Source of the DNA: the human T2T-CHM13v2.0 reference genome, Homo sapiens
Length of the DNA stretch: 64,000 bases
Assembly (NCBI RefSeq): GCF_009914755.1
Contig: NC_060927.1
Direction: 5' to 3' (one strand)
Shown: in pieces, positions 44,796 through 58,962 of the stretch
How the letters are laid out: each line of letters begins with the position of its first letter
Position numbering within the stretch: position 1 is the stretch's first letter
Notes under the pieces: model-generated
The model's database searches: none
What the model was told of the DNA's origin: nothing
What the model saw: only the letters and a program-made list of their open reading frames with translations
Position numbers and translations under genes: made by a program

Positions 44796-47264
44796 GGAGG
44801 AGAGGAGGCCATTGAATGGCCAGTTGGGGGTTCTTAAAGGTGTATTGACAGAGCTGGGTCTTAGAAAGTTCTGGGAGCACAGGGAAAGATGTATGCTTCA
44901 GGTGGGTCCACGTAACTGCTAATGAGCTCTGGGGCTAAGACAATAGCAAATTTGAGCCCTGTCATGAGAGTGTCAACTGAATTTGATAATTTACTAGATT
45001 CAACCTTGGAGTCAGCTTCTGTTCATCAGTTACCTTCTGCATTTATTTGTGTGATTTACTACTACCCACTCATTATGCATATAGCATATTTTTCTAATTA
45101 CATATTATTTTCTAATGGCAGCCAAGAGAATGCCTCAGCAAGGTTTGTACCCTTTACTGTGGTTTCCAAGCATGAGGGCTACTTCTACTGTGGTGCCCAG
45201 GTGTAGGCCCCGGGACAGTGGGGCCCTTTAGTAAATATTAAGTGAGCCACCATCTTTGTGCTTGTTCACTGTAGAAGAATTGAGAGGTATGAAACATAGA
45301 GGTCCTTGGTGAATTCTTTGGAAGGAAGAGAATCTTTCTCCCAGGCAGAGTTGCAAACACCTCTCTACAAATGATAGTTACCTCTGATCACAATGATTAT
45401 CCAGAGTAGGTATCTCAATAAAATTCTGTTGCTGCAATTTTTGGCATCTGCATTGAGGAGATAATTGATGCTACTCTCATGCCTACTGTGTGGGTTGGGA
45501 TGGTTAAAGGAGAGGCAGTAGAGTATTTGCAAGAAAAGGGATTGGAAAATGCCATGAGAAACTGTATATTCAGACAAAACACAAACTGTGAGGAATGAGA
45601 GTTTTCTGTTTTGGCAAAGTCACGTGGGCTTTAGAATTTCCCCCAAATCTCAGATGTGAATCCTGAAATTACCTCTAGGCTGTTTCAACTAAATCATGTG
45701 ATTGGTACTCCTTGATAAGACCTGTCTCCAAAGGCTTGGCAACCAAGAAGGCTGCTGTTTCGTTGGATCATCGAACAGTTCTCAAACAACTTCCCTAGTG
45801 TTTGAGGAACCAACTGCCTTCTCTAGGGCTGGCAGCTCCATTGGTACAGCCTCCTGCCTTGTCCCATTCTTGAGTTTATTTGCTATGGGGTAGATATAGC
45901 ATGAAATTCCCAATTCTGTTTATGTCTGACTTGAACCATGTTTATCAGACTCATCACTCCTTATGAACGTTGAGATGGACCTTTGAAATGGAAGCCGAAT
46001 CTTATTAAAGGCTTAATCACAGGCCTTCAAGTTGTAAATTGTTTGTGATACTCTCTCTCTCTCTACTTGTGCAAAGCAAGTTTGGTATCTAAATTTCTGT
46101 AAGGTCATTGAGCTAGAAGAGCTTGGATTTACTGTAAACTTGTTGAAATTATAAAGAAAAGTGTGTGTAAGGATAATAGATTCCTGTTACATACACTACA
46201 TGTTCATTTAATCTTTTTAGATTAATGTCTAATTACTGAAATCACTTAAGTGCTACCTGAGAGTTTGGTGTGGGAGTTGGTGTCAGGATTTCTCTTTCAA
46301 TAGGGTCTGGGACCTTCAAATCTTACTCACTTGGGTCCATGAGACCCATCTCACAATGAAACCAAGGAAATTTTCCTGAGCTACATAATGTTCAGATCTG
46401 CCTAAGGGCTTGTGAGGGAATAAGAAAGGGAGGAGAACTGTGCTTATTGAACAAAGCTGTCTGTCTTGAGTTCATCCAACCAAGGTTAAAATAAAAAGGA
46501 AAAACAATGAAATGGGAAATTTTGTTTGGTTTTGGTTATTGCTATTTTTTTGCCTGCTGTCATCAGTACTTTCCTTTGTCCACTTGCCAGATAATATGCA
46601 AGTTACCCCCTGCTATCCTTGTCTATACTTTGCAACTCTTGAAAAATCAAACTGCCCTTTATTTTGACTGTTTTTCATCAAATACAAATGCTTATAAATA
46701 CACCAAGGCATAAGGTCAGAAATCAATTCCATCTTCCTAAAATTACTTGCATGCAGTAGACTGCTGCTCCAGGGAACCCAGTTCAATATCTCATACTTTA
46801 CTCTTGGAGATTACTTGTTTAGATTCCTAATATCTGGAACATGCTATGGGATATTTTCTCTTATTTTCTTTTAAAGCAAAGAATTCAAAAGTGCTTAATG
46901 AAAGGAGACTAGAAGACCAGAGAAAACCAGTGTTTAAATTGCGTGCAAATATAGCACTTAGCCACACCAGATAAACAGCTGAATCCTGGGTGCTGCTGGG
47001 TCACTCGTCTGTGCCCTTGTGTTGCTGAGGATTTTGTCACAGGGTCTAGGAGTCCTTACCACCCAAAATTATGTTGCTGCCGTGCATTAATGGTATCATT
47101 TCCTTTCAAGGTGGGTAGTTTTTCTTGATAGACTAAAACATTTGTCGTAAAGACTCTCTAGTCCCATCAACAGATGTCTCCACTCATTGTGAGCTGTGTT
47201 GCAAGTGATTTGATCCTAATAATCAAAGTATCAAAGCCATCTAACTATATATTATTTTTAAAAG

Positions 47265-47735
47265 TAAATGAATGATTTCAAAGTCATTTCTACAATAGTA
47301 TTCTTCTTGAACACCTGCTGTGTGCTGGGAGCCAGGGCCACAGTGGTGAACAAGGCAGACAGGCTTCCTAACTTCACAAACCTCACAGTTTATTTGGAGA
47401 AAGACAAAAAGGTGAACAAAATATTAATCATAATTTTTAAAAGGCAACAAAATAATTTCAGATAGTGGTCACTGCCATAAGAGAGGTAAAATAGTGTGGT
47501 AGAGGGAACGAGATGAGGGAGAGTCACTGTAGATAAGATGATCAGAGAAAATTTTCCTGGGGAGTCAACACTGGAGCTAAGACTTAAGCCATTAGAAAGA
47601 TTGGCCCATACAAAGGTCTGGGGAAGAGCATTATAAGGAGAGGAAATAGCAAGTGCAAAGGCCCCATGGTAGGAATCAACTTGGTATCTGTGAAGAACAG
47701 TAAGGAGATTAGTAGAGAGGAATCGTAGACAATGA
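47265..47735 (-). mobile_element. L2
   Basis: ttcttgaacacctgctgtgtgctggg..cagtggtgaacaaggcagaca..agcaagtgcaaaggcccc. Confidence 0.8.
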
Positions 47736-47744
47736 CAAGAGAGG

Positions 47745-47995
47745 CAGCATGGAGTTGTTTCGAAGAGCATGGACTCAGGAGCCTGCACTAGAGTTCCAGT
47801 TGCCTCGCTCACTAGCTCTATGGCCTTGGATAAGTTCGTTAACCTCTCTGTGCTTTGTCTTCCTCATCTGTAAAGTGGGGGCAATGATAGCCCTACGTCA
47901 TTGTGTTGGTGTGATAATTAAATGAGCTGACAGTTGTGAAGCACTTGGAATAGTATCAGGAACATAGCAAGCACCATATAAATATTTGTTAAATA
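47745..47995 (+). mobile_element. MIR (near full length)
   Basis: actagctctatggccttggataagttcgttaacctctctgtgc..tcctcatctgtaaagtggg. Confidence 0.88.
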
Positions 47996-50681
47996 ATATT
48001 TTTCAAGAAATTAGATGAAGAAGAATTGCATGGGATCAATTTGATGCCTAGTAATTATAGTAATTCCATAAACACAAATCTTTCAATGCCATGGATATCA
48101 CTATTAAAGGAAGAAATGGTTGAAATGCTGACCTAGTTCAATACCCCCATCTTAGAGAAGAAACTTGATCTTCACTTGCAGGTTTCATTTAAATTATTTA
48201 TTAAGTATAGTATCTATGGCTGTATTCTTGTTATAAGACATTTGTATAATGCTGCCAAAGCTAAATTCTGTGCTGTTTCTATCCTCAATTCAAGTCCTCT
48301 CTCTGGAGGTCAATATCTGACCTTGTTGACACTCATTCACATGCTTAAGCCATACATATGAGAAAATATAGCTTAGTTTTTTATAGATGATATCATAAGA
48401 ACACGTTGTCTTTTAAAATTATGAAACACTGAGATAAAGTACACATAACGAAATTTACCATCAGCCATTTTTAAATATACACGCAGTTCAATGGCAGTAG
48501 GTACATTCACATTGTGCTAGAATATCTTGTTCTTAAAATTGTCTTCTTCCGCTTTTAATGTGTATATTTTCACTTAACAGCAGGTCTTAGAGGTTTCTCT
48601 TCAGCATTAATGTAGCTTTTCCTCATTCCTCTTAACTGCAGCCTGGTGTTTCATGGTATTGTAAATAGCTCTTTGAATCATTTCCATATTAGTAGACATT
48701 AAATTACTTCCAAGTTTTTGCTGTTACAGGGAAACTGAGTCTTTAAAATATTTTCTCCTTTTACTGCTAAATAATGAAACACAATTCAGAACCATAATGA
48801 GTCAGAGCGCAACTTCTCAACAATTTCTTGTTGCTCTTAAGGCAGACCAGTCCCTTCCGCCTTGGCAGAAGGGAGAGCAGTTGATCTGCTGTTTCTCTGC
48901 AATAACCATCTTGGGTTCCAAGCTGGCCCAAACTGAGCTTTGGCTTAATGAATTATGGAGGCAAGATACCTTTTTAATAAAACCCCACCTGAGAGAACTG
49001 CAATCTGCTTTGTCTCCCATTTGTTTGCCTGCCTTCGTAATTTGAGGGGTGCTCAGATATGGCCTGGTAAATAATGGCAGTGTGATTTGTAATCAGACAC
49101 CTGTCCATACCATCGCAACTGTCGGGATTCACAAGAGTCCCTTCGCATCTGGGGTGGTGCTGGCAGCCACACGCAGAGCCCAGCAACCCTTTAGTGGCTG
49201 AGAGGGCATGAGAGAGTTAGGCTCCCCGGGAGGTGCCATTCTCTGAATCCCAGGCACTGGAAGCCCTGAGCTCCCTGTGGGCAATGGTTCTCCAGCACTT
49301 GTCTACTGGCAGGGCTTCTGAATGGAGTGTGGCTGTGTGTTGCTGTTAGGGGCTGATTGTGGGCTGCCTTATACATGGCACGGACTGTTCCAGAGGGGAG
49401 TGCATATTACAGATGGGTTAAAATATAAAACAGCAAGTGTTTGTAAAGAAGTGTTCATTCACATTTTATGCAAGATTTATGATGTCAGTTGTCCATGTCA
49501 GGTATTATTATTACTCTTGCTGTGGTTACTACCTTGACTACTACTACCTGGAGTGCTTTAGGGAGACAGATTATTGGATGAGCCTCAAGCCTTTCTTAAA
49601 ATAATCCCTCCCTAGTGCTGCTCTTCCCTTCACTGTTGCTTATTTGTTTGAAAGTAATCTCTCTGCTACCCTTTTCTGATGAGGAGGATTAACGGTCCAG
49701 ATTTCCACAAACTAGACCCTTCTCTCACCTTCTCTGGTGTGCTAATATTGGCTCAGTTTGAATTAGTAGGATTTAATCTTGAAATGTGTACTTTAAAAAA
49801 AATATGAATTTTCTGCCCGACACTCAAGTTTGGCCAGAACATTAAAGAATGGGTCTGCTTGAGCATCTAAAGACTCAGGGAGACTTGGCAGGCGATCAGG
49901 TTCCAATTATCCCATAAATCGTACGGTAGGCTGGGCTTTGCTTTGATGTTTTCAAAGGGAGAGTAAAAGAGAAAACAAAAACCAAAGCAGTAACAACCAC
50001 CACCACCAAGACCAGCCTGAAATATTCCCACCTGAAGGAACAACTCAAACTAGATCTCAAGAACAAAGGAAAATGGGGTCTGGCTGTTTGACTAGATGAT
50101 ATTTTGATATTTTGTCTGGAGTGTGCAGAGTTTGATGTTTTAGAAATTCCAAGTTGCTCCAAAGTGAGGAAGAGAGTGGGTCCATTCTCAAGTGATTTCT
50201 GTCACCTGCAGACCATTCACATTCCCAGGGATTTAGTGTTGGGGACGTGCGCTTTGTAGTTTGTAACTGACCAGTTCCAGGCTGTCTAAAGGACATAGAT
50301 GCCGAGAATCACTTTTCATTTGGAGACATCAAATTGTCAGCTGCCAACACTGCCTGGTCAATGCCAACAACATTGGAAATGGTGACAACCTGGTTCTGGT
50401 CTTGTGAAGAGACTGGTGTTTTGGTGTTGCCACTAAGAAAGTGGCTATGTAGCTCATGTTAAACGTGGTTAAACTTTGTTCATAATGAGAGTTGACTTTT
50501 ATTGAACACTTATTATGTGCCAGGAATCATGATGACTTTTTCGCATTAATTCAGTCAATTTTTATAGTAACTTTAGGAGGTAGGGGACATTATCCCATTT
50601 CAGAGCTAAAAAAACTGAGGCTTGGAGTTAATTCACTCAAGGTCACATAATAGGGATCACTCTAGAACCTTCAGTCTTAAT

Positions 50682-51330
50682 CAGGAGTCAGCAAGCTATG
50701 GCCCACAGGCCAAATCCAGCCTCTGCCTTATATTGTATGGCCCATGAGCTAAGAATGGTAAAAAAATGGCTTTAGAAAAATCAAAAGAATGGGCCGGGCG
50801 TGGTGGCTCATGCCTATAATCCCAGCACTTTGGGAGGCTGAGGCGGGCGGATCACAAGTTCAGGAGATCGAGACCATCCTGGCTAACACGGTGAAACCCT
50901 GTCTCTACTAAAAATACAAAAAAAATTAGCCAGGTGTGGTGGCACGTGCCTGTAGTCCCAGCTACTCAGGAGGCTGAGGCAGGAGAATGGCGTGAACCTG
51001 GGAGGCGGAGCTTGCCGTGAGCCAAGATCGCGCCACTGCACTACAGCCTGGGCGATAGAGCGAGAGTCTGTCTCAAACAAACAAACAAACAAACAACAAA
51101 AATCAAAAGAATGATATTTTGTGACAGGTGACAGTGATATAAAATTCAAATGTCAGTGTCCATAAACAAAGTTTTATTATAACAAAGCCTTCGTTATGTA
51201 TGCTCTGTCTGAACTACTTCTGCTACATAACAGCAAAGTAGAGTAATTAATTACAACAGAAACTGTATGGTTTGCAAAGCCTAAGATGTTTACTATTTGG
51301 CTATTTACAGAAAAATTCTGCCCACCCCTC
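50682..51330. mobile_element. MER58B split by AluY
   Basis: caggagtcagcaagctatggccc..gagctaagaatgg..aaattcaaatgtcagtgtccataaa..tttacagaaaaattctgccc. Confidence 0.85.
50792..51097 (+). mobile_element. AluY with (CAAA)n tail
   Basis: gagatcgagaccatcctggctaacacgg, ggcgtgaacc; TSD aaaatcaaaagaatg. Confidence 0.95.
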
Positions 51331-51692
51331 TTGATCCTTACACAATTACCTACCTGTTAATCATCACTAATAATAGTGAACATTTATATCACATTTTCCG
51401 TGGACCAGGCACTGTTCTAGGCACTTATATTAATTCAACAATGGCTTTGAATCAGATGTCATCATTAACCCCCTCTTTACATGTGAGGAAATTGAGACAT
51501 CAAGAGGCACAATTCTAGGCACTTTTACTTCTATGAATATAACCCTAGAGAATAGGTGCTCTCCTTGCATTTGATAGATGAGGAAAATGTGGATGGAGAG
51601 GTCAGATGACTTTCCAAGGGTTACACAGTAAGCAGGAACTGGACTCCAGGCCCCCACCCCTCAATACCATGCCCTACCCTAAGCAAACACTT

Positions 51693-51952
51693 GTTTTTTT
51701 TTGAGATGGGGTCTTGCTCTGTCACCCAGGCTGGAGTGCAGAGGTGTGATCTGGGCTCACTGCAACCTCCACCTCCTGGGTAGCTGGGACTACAGGTGTG
51801 CACCACCACACCCGGCTAATTTTTGTATTTTTAGTAGAGATGGGGTTTCACCATGTTGGCCAGGCTGATCTTGAACTCCTGATCTCCGGTGATCCACCCG
51901 TCTTGGCCTCCCAAAGTGCTGGGATTACAGGCATGAGCCATCGCGCCCAGCC
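51693..51952 (-). mobile_element. AluS with a ~30-nt internal deletion
   Basis: acctcctggg|tagctgggac junction in the right arm. Confidence 0.92.
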
Positions 51953-53115
51953 AGCAAGCCCTTCTGAGAACACACTGCAGCTACAGCATTTTTACAGAAG
52001 CAGTGTCACCGACAGGTGAGGCCATCACCCTCCATGGTGACTCTGACAGCCTAATCCAGGCTGGCCACAACTGTCTTTGATCTTTGGAGAGCTGGCTCCC
52101 CGCCTTCTTTCCTCGGTGCCCCCTAACTCCTCGGCAGCCCATCCGTTCTTCCTGGGGAACCAAGCCTCAGTAATGACCTCATTTGCATCTGGGAGGGAGG
52201 AGAAGATTTAGTTGAAAACCTAGTGGGCCAAGGCACATTCCAGTGGCGTGCCTCTTAAGCCGTGTGCTAAAGCAAGTCTTGGTAATACCTTCTCTCTCTG
52301 GAACCAGAGGATTCGAATCCCAGCAGATCCTGCTTCTTTTAAGTCAGATAAATGGGGGCTCATGTGGCATCTGTGGGAATAGTTTTGATGGTTTTGCAAG
52401 GTGAGTGTCCCTTGCTTTTCCTTTGAAGGCATTGCTTTTTAGGAGTTATGACTGAGTCCCTGTTAGAATAAATTTAGTTGGTATGTCTCAAAAGCCCTGG
52501 TGCTCATACTACGGCGGCATAAGTAGGGCATATGTTTTGGAGGCATGAGAGGAGAAAGGTACTTCCTATATTCTTCCAGATTATTTTCCATTTCATGCTA
52601 CTTTCCCTTGCAGCACTCATCAATTCCAAGAAAACGCTCATCAAGCACCTCGTTCAAAAAGCATCCTTATTTAGGTTTTTTTTTGTGATTGATTTTTATT
52701 CCTAGAAATTTTTCTCCTTAAAAAAATTAAATCAGAATTTCAGACATTTGAATCTACTGAGAGAAAACTGTGTGTAAGGCTTGAGCTGCAAGCATGAGAG
52801 ATACTGCATTTGAAATAGACAAGATATTTTAAATTCTAAGAAAAAGCAGAGTGTGAAGTACTAGGATTTATGTCGATTTACATTGACTTAGGAGTGTGAG
52901 GGGAAAGACTAATTGAGAGTAGGTGGCTGGGGGCAGTTCTGGGAGGCTCTCTGATGGAGATGGGATTTGGAATCAGCTTTGAAATGAGAATCGGTTTTAC
53001 AGAAGAGCATTGGGAATGGATTAGCAACAGGAAAATGGGTAACATCATTCAAGGAGTTAAAAAACATGAAGAAACATGTCTGCCTTCCTTAGCATGGCCA
53101 GTTAAAGCGTAGATC

Positions 53116-53337
53116 CAGGATAGGCAATCTACAACACGTAGGCCAAATCTGGCCCACGACCCGTTTTCGCAAATAAAGTGGAATGGAGCGCAACCACACT
53201 CATTTGTTTGCGTGTTATTTATGGTTGCTTTCACCTTACAGTGGCAGAATCAGTAGTTACAGCAGGGTCCAAATGGCCGTGAAAACCTAAAATATTTACC
53301 ATCTGATCCCTTTACAGAGAAACTTTACCACCCCCTG
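53116..53337. mobile_element. MER58A
   Basis: ggccaaatctggccc..aacctaaaatatttaccatctgatccctttacagag..ccccctg. Confidence 0.85.
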
Positions 53338-53809
53338 ACATTGATAAAGATGTACTGGGTAAAATAGGATGGGAAGGAAAGGAGGGAAACGGGGAAAAAT
53401 AAGGAGGTTTAGAAGAAGAATGAGGAGAAAAAGTACGTGGAGAGGCAGAAGGCAAGAGCTTCTTAGATTTTGTTTGTGCAAATGTGAGCTCCTTTTTCAG
53501 TTCAGCCTGTTTCCCACTTTCAACCAAATATGGAATGACTGTTATTCACAGTTCCTGACAGCTCTACTTTCTGTGGGACTATGGAGTTACAGTATAATCA
53601 CTGTCAGCCCAAGGAGATCTATGATAACAACTTGCCCCGAAGAGTTCAGTGTAATATAAAATTCACAAGTAAAAATTCAAAACTCCAGAGAGCCATAGGA
53701 TGCATGAATATGCGCCACATGCGGCCCGGAGGCCATTGCATTAGCATCCTGCTTTAGAAGCTCCACACTAAATGTGACAACTAGTAGAGCAGCTCACCAG
53801 GGTGAACTT

Positions 53810-54055
53810 AGCATTTCCCCAATTTCTAGATGATTCTTTGGTATTACGTATCAGATAAGTTAGGGAAATGCTGGGTTAAAGAAAATTAAACGTATTTACT
53901 TGCTGCGGGACTTCTCAGAGCCTTTAATATGACTCACAGAGCTCTGGGAGCAGAAGATAAGGTGTTGCATTTCTCAAATGTATTTCACATGAGCTTCACC
54001 CACCGCCACCCTTATTTTTATAAAACATTTTGGGACGCAGTAGCCTAGGCATTAT
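53810..54055. mobile_element. hAT-Charlie MITE (MER112/MER113-like)
   Basis: ataagttagggaaatgctgggttaaa..ggacttctcagagcctttaatatg. Confidence 0.6.
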
Positions 54056-54739
54056 TTCAAGATCAATATATTCCATATACATTTAAAGCTAGACAGAATC
54101 TTAAAGGTCATACAACCCCATGCCCTCATAATAATGTTATGAATTATCTTTTCAGGAATTTTATAAAATCATATTTAGGCCTGGGAATCTGTGCTATTGA
54201 TGTTAATGTTGTTCTTGGAAATTTGTTTATGGTGTTTGGGTTTAGAGATTTTATAATTGCAGTTTCTAATCAAATTCTGGCCTCAAATTCTGTACTCTTC
54301 TTAGCCCTGAATTCTTTCCTTCCCAAGGGGGTAATGTCGAAAAGGGGGTAAAAATGATAAAACTTTATAATTGACACTTAAAGGTCAGCCACTGGAAAAA
54401 ATGAACCAGCGCATTGACTCAATGGTTGTGGATGATGAGTTTTGGTTAAAAAAAAAATCCTGTATTTCAAATACAGCACAGAATCAGCCCTAATTGCCTG
54501 AACTGCGAGCTTCCAAATGAGCGTTTGGGAATTGGCAGTCAGCACCAATCCACATCTGCTGTGATAAACTCCTGACTCTACCATGTCCCCCATCATGTGA
54601 AGAAGTCTTACTGTTTTCCCCAGTAATACTGTCACTTCAATGCAGATTTTGCTTCCTTTGTGACAAGCTTTGTGAACAAGGGAGGGTTACCGTAGGGGTC
54701 GCCTCAGAGCTTCAGAATAAACCAAGGGTATTTTCCTGA

Positions 54740-55049
<310 letters not shown>

Positions 55050-57866
55050 CTAAAATAACTTTTGTTGAAGTATGATACACACACATATACAGAAAAGCAC
55101 ACATCACAATTGCACAACTCAAATTTTCAACCCATGCACGTGCCCCATAATCACTCCTGGAGTGTCAATTTTAATCACATAGTCTACTTAAAGCAAGTAC
55201 AGATGTATTACAATAGTATATCTGATGTTTAAAAATAAATATCAGACTTCAAATAAGTCAGAGCTCTTTATGGGTCACTGTAGGTTCTGACCCCAGAAAA
55301 GCTGCTGTCTATTTCTCCAGGAAAACAAGCAGACTCTTCTTTGCCATTAAGTTGTTTAGTGGAAAAAGTTCGAGAAGAACTGACTGGGCAGGGAAAAAAG
55401 TAATCATCCCTCACACTGTGTACTTATCTTTTGTTAAGCATTGGGTACGTAGCACCATAAATTTTCACGATGAGCCTGAGGGCAAGTACACAGCACACTT
55501 GGGCAACTGAGGCTTCAGGGAGTGGAGTTACCTGTCCATGGCACACCCTGCTGAGTTAGAGTTAGGACCCCAGATCTGAATGGCCCGAATGTCCATTCTC
55601 TTACTCACTCTTTTCAGCTGTCTCTGTGGCATTTCTGTTTTCTTTTGTTTGGGGCAGGTGATCTTACAAGGCTCTCTCTCTCGAGATATCTCGATCTCTC
55701 TCTCACCCTGTCCTGCTCTCTCTCTATGGATTGAATATCCTAGCCTCTTGTTGTAAGCACTCCAAAAACAAGAAATTCATTTTTAGGATGGAGACACACA
55801 CCGATGATCTTGTTGCATAGCCCTCTGTCAGTTTTAGAGGAAAAGCAATCCAAGTTGAATTTGGAATGAATTACCTTCAAATGGCCATGCTTTGCAATGT
55901 ACTACTGTAATCTGGGATATTGCAAGGCAGCTTAATGTGCTGGGTGATGACACGTATGGCCATTATGTGGCTCTCCCTCATTGAATGCGCTGGGCGCAGC
56001 CCAAACCATAAATCTGCCAGCAGACAAAACATAAAATTTACATGCAAGATCAAATCTCCCCTGTCCTGATTTTTATACAAGGGTCACCAGTGGGTAGTAA
56101 ATTAAGATTCAGAATAAAAGTTACCTGCAGGTGCTAAATCACCAGACCATGTCAGGATCATAGAATTTTCTTTTGTTAATAACGCCAGTGTGTTATCAGC
56201 GCCCGTGCTTATATAAACCACGGGTCAATGTATAAGGAAAGGTGCCCTTTGTCCCTCAGAGATTTTGGATATCTTTTGTCAAACGTTGTTACATTGTTTT
56301 CCCAAACAGCAGGATATCTGGTACCAAGACCTGGGTTTGAAAGCTAAACACAGGAGACCAGACATGCTTGGATGGTCTGTAGTACTAATAAATCTCTGGT
56401 TGCCAAGAAATTACACATATATTTTAATTTCATTAGCTTTCAGGAAATATTTATTGAGCACCTGCTGCCAGATATCGTGCTGGCCACTGAATGTGCAAAT
56501 ATGAGTAAGACAATTCCATTGAGAAATGATCAGTCAGAGACCAGGGCAAGAGAAGGAAACTACTCCAGGTATTTTAAGCAGGCAGAGATTTTATGTTGGA
56601 AATAAGAGGCTTATAAAATCCCAGGAAGCATCGAAGGAATACTTCAAGTCCTGGCCTCCAGAAATGATTCCCTGAGCACCTCTGAGGCACGATCCAGGCA
56701 ACAGGAAGGAGGCACCAAGAATCCATTGTCAATGCTTCCACTGCAACTATCTCTTAACAGAGTGGAGAATGCATTCCTCCCAATTTCTACCACACATATC
56801 TCTGAATGAGTGCGTATACATAAAAAGATGTAACATTTTCCTAACCAGACCTGGAAATTGCTTATGTTGCATAAAAATATTCTACTCAGGGTTAGAGAGC
56901 ACCATGTAAAGATCTTTGAATCTTCCAACTGCACTGTAATATGCGTAACTGATTTGTACTGCACTTTCATTCAACTAAGTAGCATTTATTGAGGAACTAC
57001 TGTGCATTGATTAGCGCTAAGTTACATTCTAGGAGGAATACAGAAGACATGTATGATGTAACACCTGTTCTGTACGGGTTTACAATAGTACCTTGCAAAG
57101 ACAGTATTTTAAAATTACAAAGTGCTCCAGAATACATTTTCTTCCTATGTGCCTAACAGCCACACACCTGTCAGAGTGGGTATAGGGGTGTGGAGACAGA
57201 GTACCAACAGAAGCAAAACCACAGCAAGTGGCCCATGTGTCTACTTTCCATCTGTAAAATCGCCTCTTTCTTGCTTGCAGAGTTTTATACCTGATGGAAC
57301 AGGGACCATGGATGGAAAGTAGATGCAAAGCAGTATGCTCTCCCCTCCCACTGCACTGTGCCAGGACTTCCCTTAAAGAAATCCTCTGTGTGCACAGGAT
57401 GACTGGTGTGCTGGCGGAGGTGGCTTGGGTGGGTTTGTGTAAGAAGAGAACCCAGAAGTTTGCATTTCATTGTCTCGTGCTTGTCAACATCCCTACATCT
57501 ACCTTGCATAGATGGCAGGCTCCTTCAGATCGAAAGGATTAAAGTGATGAACCGGCTTCCTTAGCTGATAATGGGGAAGGGTAAAGGGAAGTTAGCATAA
57601 GGACAACATGTAAGGAATACAGGACATCCCATGATATCAGGGCTATTACTGAGGACACAGCAGGAGACTGAGTGTCTGATAAAGGCTGCCATGATGATGG
57701 TAATTATTATTGTAACAAAAGCCACTAATACTTGCTGAGAACTTATTTCATTCCAGGCACTGCACTAAGCTGTATATCCTTACCTCTTTTTTGTTGTTGT
57801 TTCATTTCATTTTTAAATTTTATTTTTTAAAAATAGGTAACAGAGTCACAACTCAGAGAAGCATAA

Positions 57867-58283
<417 letters not shown>

Positions 58284-58610
58284 TCTTGTACTTTTTAAAC
58301 ACAAACAGAGGCATTCTGTATACCGGTTCCAGACTCAGCATTTTCACTGAACGATGTGTCGTGATTTTGTGGTTCTTTCCAGGGAAGAACATAAAAGAAC
58401 CCATTCATTTTTATTTTGGGGAGGGCAGCATTATATCCTATTGTTTGGATAACATAATTTGTTTAGTCTTCTGTTAATAACTGTTGAAATTTTTTGTTTA
58501 CAAATGGAAATAGTGCTGCAATGAAAAACCTCTTTTGTGAAGATATTTCCATTGCCAGTAGATCTGTAGGATACTCCCAGAAGCGGAATTGCCAAGTCAA
58601 TAGGTTTATG

Positions 58611-58962
<352 letters not shown>

